From Anaerolineae bacterium (GTDB lineage Bacteria; Chloroflexota; Anaerolineae; B4-G1; SLSP01), in the NCBI GenBank assembly GCA_034676805.1, contig JAXDDO010000010.1, positions 18,480 through 82,479 on the forward strand: a stretch of DNA of 64,000 bases, read 5' to 3'. Shown in pieces: positions 43,701 to 50,540 of the stretch. Both the position numbers and the translations under genes were made by a program. How positions within the stretch are numbered: the stretch's first letter is position 1; each line of letters opens with the position of its first letter. The notes beneath the pieces are model-generated. The model saw nothing but the letters and a program-made list of their open reading frames with translations, was not told the origin of the DNA and ran no database searches.

Positions 43701-45210
43701 TCTCCGCGATGGCGTATCGCTGTGGGATATGGCTACACGTGCACGGCTGGCCACCATTGCAGGCGCCGCGGGTGACATAACACGGATCGCTCTCAGTCCG
43801 GATGGCGATCGTATGGTGACGGCAGGCCTGGATGGCACGGCGCGCATATGGCGGCTCGATAGGCCCGGCAGCGCCGGTGAACAGCTGGCGTTGCATGGGC
43901 ATCAAGGCGCTATTCTGAGCATCGCGTTCAGCAGCGATGGTCAGTGTATCGCGACAGGTGGGATCGACCGCAAGGCAAGAGTCTGGGATGCGCAGACCGG
44001 ACAGGGGTTGCTAACGCTGGCGGGACATAGGAGCGATGTGGCGAGGGTAGCCTTCGCACCGGACGGCGATCTTTTGTACACCGCAAGCGGGGATGGCACG
44101 GTGCGCGCATGGAACCTCGGTCTCAACGCGGAGTATGCCACGCTCGCCGTGCCGGATGGTGTCTTCCGCTTCGCGTTCAGCCCCTCAGGAGACGTCATAG
44201 CGGCTGGCGTCGGGGAAACTGGCACGGTGTGGGTCTGGGACGTCCGTACGAAGGGGCAGAGTCGCGTCTTGGCGACCGGCCATCGTGCGCGTGTGAGCAG
44301 CCTCGCTTTCAGTGCGGATGGACGGTGGGTGGCGACGGCGAGTGATGATGCAACCGCTCGCGTTCTGCGTGCCGATACGGGGGAGACCTCGATCGTCCTG
44401 GAGGGGCACAGCGACTGGGTCAACGACATTGCCTTCAGTGCCGACAGCCTGCTTGTCGTGACGGCCAGCCGTGACCAGACTGCCAGTCTCTGGAGCGTTC
44501 CCACAGGGCCGCGAGTGCGTACTCTCGTGCCGCGGAATGCTGATGTGGTTGCGGTTGCGTTCCCCCTACTGGCAGATCCCACTACCTACAGCACCGTGAC
44601 CGCCACGACCAATGGAATAGCCGCCGACCTGCTGGTCATTGGGAGCACTGCGGGTGTCGACATCTGGCGCGCAGACGGTTCCCGACAGTTGCTTGCTCTC
44701 AGGGTGGGCCCTGGCGTTGTGAACGACGTTGCCATTAACCCGGACGGGACGGCGATCGCGGCTGCCCTGGGAGACGGGACAGTCCAAGTTTGGTCGCTTG
44801 ACCGGGAAGCAGGGGGGGAACTCCGCGTGGCGAGCGAGCGTTTCCTCACCGGTCACGCAGCCCAAGTTGTGGGCATTGCGTTCAGCCCCGATGGAGCACA
44901 GCTGGCTACAGCTAGCATGGACGGCACCGCCCGCATCTGGGAGGTCGCGACGGGTAGCTCGCTTCTATCACTGCATGTAGCCGACGATACGTGGTTGAGC
45001 AGTGTTGCATTCAGTCCCGACGGTCGTCTTCTGGCCGTCAGCAGCGGCCACGGGATTCATCTCTACCTGACGCACCTCGACGACCTTGCGAGCCTGGCTC
45101 GTAGCCGGCTAACGCGTGGGTTCGCGGTAGAGGAGTGCGCGCGTTATCTGCGCGAGGAGGCCTGTCCCGTCCTCGAAGAAGGCGTGACTGTGCCGGCCTC
45201 GGCTCCCTGA
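40741..45210 (+). CDS. SARP(OmpR-type wHTH + BTAD)-STAND NTPase-TM helix-14xWD40 regulator
   Basis: N-terminal SARP signature (IRVLGQFDVRCDDRAIG...RPAQSLFAYLA...REKLAGLLWPD....AR..LRQALWRVRK) and a BTAD domain. P-loop IIVGASGSGKSSLLRAGL with Walker B LLVVDQFEE, a coiled/charged linker, and one TM helix (LRWLVLGLSCALLMAVLAVGLAI, about nt 42970-43038). These are followed by 14 WD40 units. GGGAGG RBS precedes ATG 40741; the track GTG 40714 is 9 codons longer. Confidence 0.9.
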   Translation: MMIRKVLQIRVLGQFDVRCDDRAIGISSRPAQSLFAYLAMNAGLTHRREKLAGLLWPDSTESNARTYLRQALWRVRKAMETAGISCETYLEVDDLALRFPAEAPYSLDAAVLLELSPSGGWSVEELQAAVSAYRGEFLPGFYDEWTVVERERLLAAFDRKMRLLTDHLQAQQRWNDVLVWAERWVSLSRVPEPAYVAMMTAHAGLDDIPAMHMTYERLAEALDRELGMAPSDEVCSLRERLGHGTPPLLVPTVPLVETEAWSCAPSGLAPTTGLPPYKGLAFYNVEDTDLYFGRERLVGDLVDRLHTYPPLLIIVGASGSGKSSLLRAGLVPAIMRGPEGQRWAVRILDPTAHPLQALAIALVGQDGANETLAMEKPLEEDLGIRRAVEALLEREGASRMLLVVDQFEELFTLCRDEQERSAFVDALVQGIDPSIDGVLSVVIALRADFYDRCADFPALRDALSDHQVYVGAMTPQELRRAIEEPAARGGWTFEPGLVDLILHDVRNEPGALSLLSHALLETWQRRTGCMLTLAGYAEAGGVRGAVTRTAEAFYNRRLSPLQQGIARAIFLRLTEPGEDGPPTRRRVARHELALSGVAPAEVTHVLDLLSDARLVTLGIETVEVTHEALIREWPTLRRWLAEDREGLRIHHHLTEAAQAWEALDRDPGALYRGTRLVQAEFWAQSHAMTLNPLEYEFLEAAVAQRTGEVAEHQAQQERDIEAARRAAEAERARAEAHAQYGHRLRWLVLGLSCALLMAVLAVGLAIEQRSRAERQAHLARARELAAASVSALTVDPELSILLALRAVSETTASDLPAVPEAVESLHKAVITSRLRAVFTGQGQEVTDLALSPDGKWLGVAGRGGAVYVWDVKTGQALRVLSSGAFHAITAVAFDPQGTMVASVDDRGTITIWDWAEGHPLETMQGSSSVRALVFSPSGTLVAFLRYGESVHIWDVVTGQIVAEVGDSAQQLVDLAFSPDGTMLAVASLRDGVSLWDMATRARLATIAGAAGDITRIALSPDGDRMVTAGLDGTARIWRLDRPGSAGEQLALHGHQGAILSIAFSSDGQCIATGGIDRKARVWDAQTGQGLLTLAGHRSDVARVAFAPDGDLLYTASGDGTVRAWNLGLNAEYATLAVPDGVFRFAFSPSGDVIAAGVGETGTVWVWDVRTKGQSRVLATGHRARVSSLAFSADGRWVATASDDATARVLRADTGETSIVLEGHSDWVNDIAFSADSLLVVTASRDQTASLWSVPTGPRVRTLVPRNADVVAVAFPLLADPTTYSTVTATTNGIAADLLVIGSTAGVDIWRADGSRQLLALRVGPGVVNDVAINPDGTAIAAALGDGTVQVWSLDREAGGELRVASERFLTGHAAQVVGIAFSPDGAQLATASMDGTARIWEVATGSSLLSLHVADDTWLSSVAFSPDGRLLAVSSGHGIHLYLTHLDDLASLARSRLTRGFAVEECARYLREEACPVLEEGVTVPASAP
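43261..45080 (+). repeat. 14 WD40 repeats (two predicted 7-bladed propellers), coding
   Basis: Repeat ends: VYVWD, ITIWD, VHIWD, VSLWD, ARIWR, ARVWD, VRAWN, VWVWD, ARVLR, ASLWS, VDIWR, VQVWS, ARIWE, IHLYL. Confidence 0.85.
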
Positions 45211-45223
45211 GTTGGCCTCTGTC

Positions 45224-45715
45224 TCAGACTGTAAGCGCCAGGAACTCCGGGTTACCTGACAGATGCACCGTGTCGAGGCGGTGTTTGCCCAGGTAGAAGA
45301 GATGGGCCGGGCAGCGGCAGTCGGAGGCGCCGAAGCGGGGGATGATGACCCGGAAGTCCGGGCATTCGGAGAGGGCTTGCGCCCACACACACTCAAGGTG
45401 CGCGCCCGGAGCCAGCCATAGGGCGACGGGGCACGCATGAGATCGCAGGTAATCGATGTGCCAGCGGGGACGGGGGCTGCCCATCACGTGGCGCCCCACC
45501 CTGGCTCGCAACCCCCCGGGACCCCACGCGCTGCCCACATAGAGGTAGACACCGTGCGGGAACGCCCACGTTCCCAACGCCCCGACGGGGATGCGTAGCA
45601 GGGCCTGCGCCTGCGCAGCGGGCACTTCCAGGGCGAGCCCATAGGTGCCCGGTGCAGGTGGCAGGGATCGCGTCAGGCCAACAAGAGGCGGTTCCAGAGC
45701 TTGCCCCCAAGCCAC
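45224..45715 (-). CDS. DUF123/GIY-YIG-like nuclease family protein
   Basis: Motif string G.Y.Y.GSA......R..RH......RWHIDYL is typical of DUF123. The start is uncertain: GTG 45715 overlaps the upstream small gene by 43 nt. Confidence 0.65.
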   Translation of the reverse strand: MAWGQALEPPLVGLTRSLPPAPGTYGLALEVPAAQAQALLRIPVGALGTWAFPHGVYLYVGSAWGPGGLRARVGRHVMGSPRPRWHIDYLRSHACPVALWLAPGAHLECVWAQALSECPDFRVIIPRFGASDCRCPAHLFYLGKHRLDTVHLSGNPEFLALTV

Positions 45716-45912
45716 GTGAGGGCAATCCCCAGGCCCAGGACAAAGCTACCGGCGACGTCCATCAAGTTGATCGAGTGCTGAGGATCGAGTTGCCAGACCT
45801 GCGCGCCCTCCTGTGAGGGCGGCAGCGCGAGCGTGATGAGTCCCAGCAGGATGAAGAGGACCCCGGCGGCGCTGGTTGCGACCACCAGCCAATTTCCCCG
45901 CTGTAAGGCCAC
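45673..45912 (-). CDS. Small two-TM membrane protein (79 aa)
   Basis: The GTG start overlaps the Trm112 TAG stop by 1 nt (TAGTG). It has two hydrophobic helices (WLVVATSAAGVLFILLGLITLAL and VAGSFVLGLGIALTWLG). The longer track ORF (to 46119) overlaps Trm112 out of frame. Confidence 0.5.
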   Translation of the reverse strand: MALQRGNWLVVATSAAGVLFILLGLITLALPPSQEGAQVWQLDPQHSINLMDVAGSFVLGLGIALTWLGGKLWNRLLLA

Positions 45913-46160
45913 TAGTCCTCCTCGGGTGGCGGGACGGGTAGGTCCTCGACCGCGGTGGCCATCCACTTCTCGCCAGTCTCGATCAGCATAACGGGGATGT
46001 CCTCCCGAATCGGATACTTCCGCCCGCAGTCCTGGCAGACCAGCCAGGAGTCGTTCCGCACGAGATCGAGTATGCCAGGATCTTCCTTGTCCGTGCGGCG
46101 GGTTTCCCCACTGACGCAATAAGGGCAGCGCAGAATCTCCAGCAGATCGGCGTCAACCAT
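45912..46160 (-). CDS. Trm112/UPF0434 family zinc-ribbon protein
   Basis: LLEILRCPYC...LVCQDCGRKYPIREDIPVML is the family signature. AGGAGGAAGC RBS precedes the ATG. Confidence 0.8.
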   Translation of the reverse strand: MVDADLLEILRCPYCVSGETRRTDKEDPGILDLVRNDSWLVCQDCGRKYPIREDIPVMLIETGEKWMATAVEDLPVPPPEED

Positions 46161-46210
46161 GCTTCCTCCTAATCAGGATCGCTCCGTGTGTCGTCGCGAT
46201 AGGCGGCGAA

Positions 46211-46238
46211 AGTATACCACGTCGACAGGGGCGTGCAA
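46211..46238 (-). promoter_or_regulatory. Putative promoter (TTGCAC-16-TATACT) for the Trm112 operon
   Basis: Minus strand reads TTGCAC (46238-46233), a 16-nt spacer, then TATACT (46216-46211), about 50 nt upstream of ATG 46160. Confidence 0.4.
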
Positions 46239-46454
46239 TCGTTGTAGCTGGATTGGCTACGTCGGGGCTCGAGCGGTATGGGCGATGTTTTCGGACATGC
46301 GGGCGCCCTTGTGTGAGCCATCGCTGGACATACGGCAGCGTTGCCCTGTCTGGACCTTGGGGCGGAGGACCGACAGGACAATCCAACACGGTGTGGGATT
46401 CATTGTACACCCGGTTGGGAGGTTGCCGAACCGGACGGGGGCCGGCAGAGAGCG

Positions 46455-46483
46455 AAGCCGGCGTTGGGTCTGAACGCCGGCTT
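46455..46483 (-). terminator. Hairpin after the 139-aa membrane protein gene
   Basis: AAGCCGGCGTT pairs with AACGCCGGCTT across a 7-nt loop, 30 nt beyond the stop at 46514. There is no U-tract. Confidence 0.45.
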
Positions 46484-46513
46484 GACAAGAGCAGCCGCGG
46501 ACCCGGGACTATG

Positions 46514-46933
46514 TCAGTCTTCGCCGCCGACGATGGTGAAGCTGCGCTCGCCGGAGGCGGGGAGCCATGGATTTGGTGGTGCTGTGCCGTAAGGGTTCTG
46601 CTGCCCATACCCAGGGAGCGCCTGGGGGGTGACGACGATGACGGGGGGCTGGGAGGGGTAGGGCGCCGGCTGGCGTTGGGCGAGCTCGGCACGGCGGGCA
46701 TCCTCACGGCGCCAGATGAGAAGACCGAGGGCGAGGGTGGGGAGCATCGCCATCACGCCGCAGGAGAGGCCGATGAGGAGCGCGAGGGAATCGCGGCTGA
46801 GGCGCTGGGTGACGATGATGGCGGCGGTGATGGCGAAGAGCGCGGCCAGCAGGGCGCAGAAGCGGGCCAGGCGGCGTCCCAGGGGGAGCGCGGGCTCCTG
46901 CGGGGACGGGTAGTCATATCGATCGCGTCGCAT
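46514..46933 (-). CDS. Small membrane protein (2 TM) with Pro/Gln-rich C-terminal tail
   Basis: AGGAGG RBS precedes ATG 46933. Has two TM helices (FCALLAALFAITAAIIV and LALLIGLSCGVMAMLPTLALGLLIW) and the tail QRQPAPYPSQPPVIVVTPQALPGYGQQNPYGTAPPNPW. It lies 62 nt downstream of the FtsK-like gene. Confidence 0.6.
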   Translation of the reverse strand: MRRDRYDYPSPQEPALPLGRRLARFCALLAALFAITAAIIVTQRLSRDSLALLIGLSCGVMAMLPTLALGLLIWRREDARRAELAQRQPAPYPSQPPVIVVTPQALPGYGQQNPYGTAPPNPWLPASGERSFTIVGGED

Positions 46934-46995
46934 AGGTGAACCTCCTGTTCGGTTGACATCTGACGCGTAGCGGGAGCCGGGGCGCTCGCCACGCG

Positions 46996-48069
46996 TCAGA
47001 GGTCACGGGGAGGGGGAAGGGCCAGGGAAGCGGGGCGACTGTCGAGGTCGCGGAGCTGGGCGCGCAGGTCGGGGTCAGAGATGGTAGCGACCTGGAAGCG
47101 GATGGGGGCGTCGCCGCCGGAGACAGCGATGAAGTCGCCGCGACCGTGGAGGAGGTGGGCGTCGGTGGCGGCGCGCCCGGAGGCGATGCGGGCGTCCTGG
47201 GCGGAGGTGACGTGGCCGATGAGGCGGAGGGGGAAGTTGGCGCGGATGACGGCGCCGAGGATGGCGGCGGCGGGGTGTTGGGTAGCGGCAACGAGATGAA
47301 TGCCGGCCTCGCGGCCGCGTTGGGCGATGCGGGTGAGGGCGTCGGAGACGGGGGCGCCGCCGACCATGAGGAGATCGGCGAGCTCGTCGATGAAGACGAC
47401 GATGCGAGGGGTAGCGGGGGAGTCGTCGGGACGTTCGCCGCGGCGGTCGCGGGTGAGCAAGGTGCGGAGGAGCGAGTGGAGGGCCTCGGCGGCCTCGTTG
47501 GGGTCGGCGATGGGGGGACGGGCGAGGTGGGGAGCGGGAGCGAGAGGGGCGAAGGTGCGGGCCTTGGGGTCGATGCAGACGAGGCGGAGGGCGAGGGGGG
47601 AGTTGGTGAGGATGAGGGAGGCGGCCATGGAGCGGAGGAGGACGGACTTGCCGGAGCCGGTGGTGCCGGCGACGAGGACGTGAGCGACGTCGGGGGCGGA
47701 GAGGCGTGCGAGGAGGGGGAGACCGGCGTCGGTGAGGCCGAGGGTGGCAGTGGCGCGCGGGAGGGGTAGGACGGCCTGGAGGAGCGAGAGGAGGTCGACG
47801 GGGTTGGGGTGGGGATTGGGGAAGGAGAGGACGACGCCGTTGGGGTCGCGGTCGATGTGGAGGTTGGGGACGCGCATGGCGAGGGCAAGGTCATCAGCGA
47901 GGCGCTTGATGGTGGCAAAGCGGGTGTGTGGGGCGGGGTTGAGGAAGAAGCGGATGAGGCGTGGGCCGACGGTGCCGCCGGTGACACGACCGGGGGCGCG
48001 GTGAGCGGCGAGGATGGCCTCGACGCGGTCGGCCTGGTACTCCAGATAGGGCCTGATTTTCCTTGGCAT
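46996..48069 (-). CDS. Short FtsK/SpoIIIE-family ATPase (motor domain only; no TM region or gamma domain)
   Basis: Walker A VAGTTGSGKSVLLRSM, Walker B IVVFIDELADL, and FtsK-like blocks (GLT..G.P...L...PH.L.AG, HLVAATQ.P). AAGGA RBS is present. Length is 357 aa. Confidence 0.85.
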   Translation of the reverse strand: MPRKIRPYLEYQADRVEAILAAHRAPGRVTGGTVGPRLIRFFLNPAPHTRFATIKRLADDLALAMRVPNLHIDRDPNGVVLSFPNPHPNPVDLLSLLQAVLPLPRATATLGLTDAGLPLLARLSAPDVAHVLVAGTTGSGKSVLLRSMAASLILTNSPLALRLVCIDPKARTFAPLAPAPHLARPPIADPNEAAEALHSLLRTLLTRDRRGERPDDSPATPRIVVFIDELADLLMVGGAPVSDALTRIAQRGREAGIHLVAATQHPAAAILGAVIRANFPLRLIGHVTSAQDARIASGRAATDAHLLHGRGDFIAVSGGDAPIRFQVATISDPDLRAQLRDLDSRPASLALPPPRDL

Positions 48070-48083
48070 AGGTCGTCCTTCTT

Positions 48084-48101
48084 ATAGAACATACGTTCTA
48101 T
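48084..48101 (-). promoter_or_regulatory. Cheo-type LexA (SOS) box ATAGAAC-N4-GTTCTAT
   Basis: Palindrome arms at 48084-48090 and 48095-48101; the GAAC-N4-GTTC core is at 48087-48098. It lies 6 nt downstream of the -10 (over the expected +1) and 14 nt upstream of ATG 48069. Confidence 0.6.
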
Positions 48102-48106
48102 CTCTG

Positions 48107-48135
48107 ATTATAGCGATGTCCTTTCCGTCTGTCAA
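48107..48135 (-). promoter_or_regulatory. Sigma-70 consensus promoter (TTGACA-17-TATAAT) of the FtsK-like gene
   Basis: Minus strand reads TTGACA (48135-48130), a 17-nt spacer, then TATAAT (48112-48107). Confidence 0.7.
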
Positions 48136-48267
48136 GACCAACATCCCAGTCGCACGCTCTGAGCGAAGTGCCATGTTAGGCTCAATGACAATCCGGGTAC
48201 GTGTGCCTCCTTGGCGGCAACAGCAAACCTGTTACAATAACCGTGTTTAAGTGATGGCTTAAAGTCG

Positions 48268-48555
48268 ATGCCCAATCTGGCAGAACTGGCGCCCTTCCTA
48301 AGAGCACTCGCGGATGACACCCGGCTGCGGCTTGTTATGTTGCTGGCACAGCAGGAGCCGGGTGTAGCGATGTGCGTGAACCGTCTGGCGCGCGAGTTGG
48401 GGACGAGTGCACCCAATGTCTCACAGCACCTCCGTGTTCTCAAGGATCTCGGGCTGGTCTATGGAGAGCGGCGCCGCTATCGGATTCACTACTTTCTTGC
48501 GAGGGACCGGTTCCGATACTACGCCGAGTTGGTGCCAGCATTACTCGGCGACTAA
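48268..48555 (+). CDS. ArsR/SmtB-family transcriptional regulator
   Basis: LRALADDTRLRLVMLL....MCVNRLA..LG.S.PNVSQHLRVLKD.GLV is the canonical ArsR wHTH. Only one Cys sits in the alpha-3 region. Confidence 0.9.
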   Translation: MPNLAELAPFLRALADDTRLRLVMLLAQQEPGVAMCVNRLARELGTSAPNVSQHLRVLKDLGLVYGERRRYRIHYFLARDRFRYYAELVPALLGD

Positions 48556-48593
48556 CCTCCAGAAACATAGGTTGCCCACAGGAGGCGCTGAAG

Positions 48594-50540
48594 ATGGCTA
48601 TTCACTCACCGGAAAAGCGTAAAGGTGCTGCGCAGAATCAGAAGCCATCGAGTGATGGGAAGGGCGCGAACCCAGGTGGTCGCGGTCGTTCCGGACAGAG
48701 TCCCGGACAGGGCTCAAAACCTGGGCCGAAAGGGCCGGTAGGTCCGACGCTACGACGATTGCTGACTCATATCAAGCCCCACGCGGGGATCTTTACTGCG
48801 GTCGTTTTGGCCGCTCTGCTGACGACGGCTGCCGAGCTTGCCCCGCCAGCCATCATCCGCCGGTCCATCGATCAGTTCATCCTAGGTGGACAGTCCAACA
48901 TGATCTGGTGGGCCGCAGGCGGCCTCCTGCTGTTGGCGATCGTGCAAGGCGCCATCGATTTCCTGCGGCTCTACCTCACCGCCTATATGGGTCAGCAGAT
49001 CGTCTTCGGGATCCGCAACGCCGTCTTTGAGCACCTCAGCCGGCTTTCCTTCTCCTTTTACGACCGGGCGCGCACCGGCGATCTGATGTCGCGCGTGACG
49101 GCCGACGTGGACGCGCTGAGTAACTTCTTTGGGCGTGCGTCCGTCATCGTGCTCACCAATGTCCTTACGCTCATCGGCATCCTCGTGGTGCTCCTCATCT
49201 GGGATTGGCGCCTGGCCCTTATCTATCTGGCCTGTGTGCCTCTGATTGCCCACGGCATTTCAGTCTACGCCAGGCGTGTGCGCCCGGCGATGGGGCGTGT
49301 GCGCCGGAAGCTCGCCGACCTGACCGCAGCGCTTCAGGAGAGCCTCGCCGGCTCGCTCGTGGTCAAACTCTTCGGCCGCGAGGCGTTTGAGCGACAGCGC
49401 ATCGACCGGCAGAGCAAGGGAGTGTTGCAGGCCAACCTGGAGACTGCGCGGATCACGTCGCTCTGGATGCCCTATGCCAGTGTCGTGATGGGCGTTGCAA
49501 CGGCGCTCGTGCTATGGTTCGGGGGGCGCAGTGTGATCGCGCAGGTGGTCACGCTGGGCACGCTAATCGGATTCACAACTTATATTCAGCTGTTGTTGCG
49601 GCCAATCCGCTCCACGGGCATGATGCTGAGCATGACGCTGCAGGCGTTGGCCGCTGCGGAGCGCATCTTCGAAGTGCTTGATACGCAACCCGAGATCCGG
49701 GACGCCCCCGATGCTCATCGGCTTCCGATGGTGGAGGGCCGCGTGCGCTTTGATGATGTCAGCTTCGCCTATGGCGCGGACGGTGAGAGTGTTGAGGCGC
49801 TGCGGGACGTGAGCCTCGAGGCCGAGCCGGGCGAAATGGTGGCGCTTGTGGGGCCATCGGGTGCCGGAAAGACGACGCTGGTGCATCTTCTGCCCCGCTT
49901 CTATGAGGCACAGTCGGGCACGATCACGATCGATGGGCACGACATTCGCAAGGTCACAGTACAGAGCCTGCGTGACGCTATTGGTATTGCCCTCCAGTCG
50001 GTCTTCCTCTTCGACGCCTCCATCGGCGAGAACATCGCCTATGGCAACCCCCGCGCTACTCAAGAACAGATCGAATGGGCCGCGGGCGTGGTGCAGATGC
50101 ACGACTTCATCAAGCGCTTACCTCTCGGCTACGGCACGCCCGTGGGCGAGCGCGGGGTCCGGCTTTCCGGAGGTCAGAAACAGCGCATCGCTCTGGCCCG
50201 TGTGCTGCTCACCGATCCGCGCATCCTGATTCTCGATGAGCCCACTTCCAGCGTCGATGCGGCTACCGAGCGGCAGATGCAAGAGGCGCTCGATCGCGTG
50301 CGTTCTGGGCGGACCACGTTTGTGATCGCACACCGGTTGTGGACGGTGCTGCAAGCCGACCAGATCCTCGTCCTTCAGGACGGACGTATTGTTGAGCAGG
50401 CCCGCAGTAGCGAGGGTCGTTCGGCCCACGAGGCACTCCTCGCCGCGAATGGGCTTTATCATCAGCTCTTCGAGTTGCAGCGGGTGGGCGAGAAGCTTGC
50501 TGCCCTGGAAGTCGAGCCGGTGCCAGGAGGTGCGGCATGA
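48594..50540 (+). CDS. ABC exporter, fused permease/ATPase
   Basis: GGAGG RBS precedes ATG 48594, so the track start 48372 was trimmed. Six-TM domain, Walker A GPSGAGKTT, signature LSGGQKQR and Walker B ILILDE. Confidence 0.9.
   Translation: MAIHSPEKRKGAAQNQKPSSDGKGANPGGRGRSGQSPGQGSKPGPKGPVGPTLRRLLTHIKPHAGIFTAVVLAALLTTAAELAPPAIIRRSIDQFILGGQSNMIWWAAGGLLLLAIVQGAIDFLRLYLTAYMGQQIVFGIRNAVFEHLSRLSFSFYDRARTGDLMSRVTADVDALSNFFGRASVIVLTNVLTLIGILVVLLIWDWRLALIYLACVPLIAHGISVYARRVRPAMGRVRRKLADLTAALQESLAGSLVVKLFGREAFERQRIDRQSKGVLQANLETARITSLWMPYASVVMGVATALVLWFGGRSVIAQVVTLGTLIGFTTYIQLLLRPIRSTGMMLSMTLQALAAAERIFEVLDTQPEIRDAPDAHRLPMVEGRVRFDDVSFAYGADGESVEALRDVSLEAEPGEMVALVGPSGAGKTTLVHLLPRFYEAQSGTITIDGHDIRKVTVQSLRDAIGIALQSVFLFDASIGENIAYGNPRATQEQIEWAAGVVQMHDFIKRLPLGYGTPVGERGVRLSGGQKQRIALARVLLTDPRILILDEPTSSVDAATERQMQEALDRVRSGRTTFVIAHRLWTVLQADQILVLQDGRIVEQARSSEGRSAHEALLAANGLYHQLFELQRVGEKLAALEVEPVPGGAA

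Noticed and set aside
45673-46119. 148-aa minus-strand ORF
   Set aside because: Its first two-thirds overlap the Trm112 gene out of frame and are Arg/Gly-rich. Only the last 79 codons, from the GTG at 45912, look like a real two-TM protein.
46914-48092. 392-aa Pro/Ser/Thr/Ala-rich ORF on the minus strand
   Set aside because: It is an alternate reading frame of the same strand as the FtsK-like gene, which carries Walker A/B motifs in the other frame. The extreme low complexity is a by-product of the C-rich coding strand.
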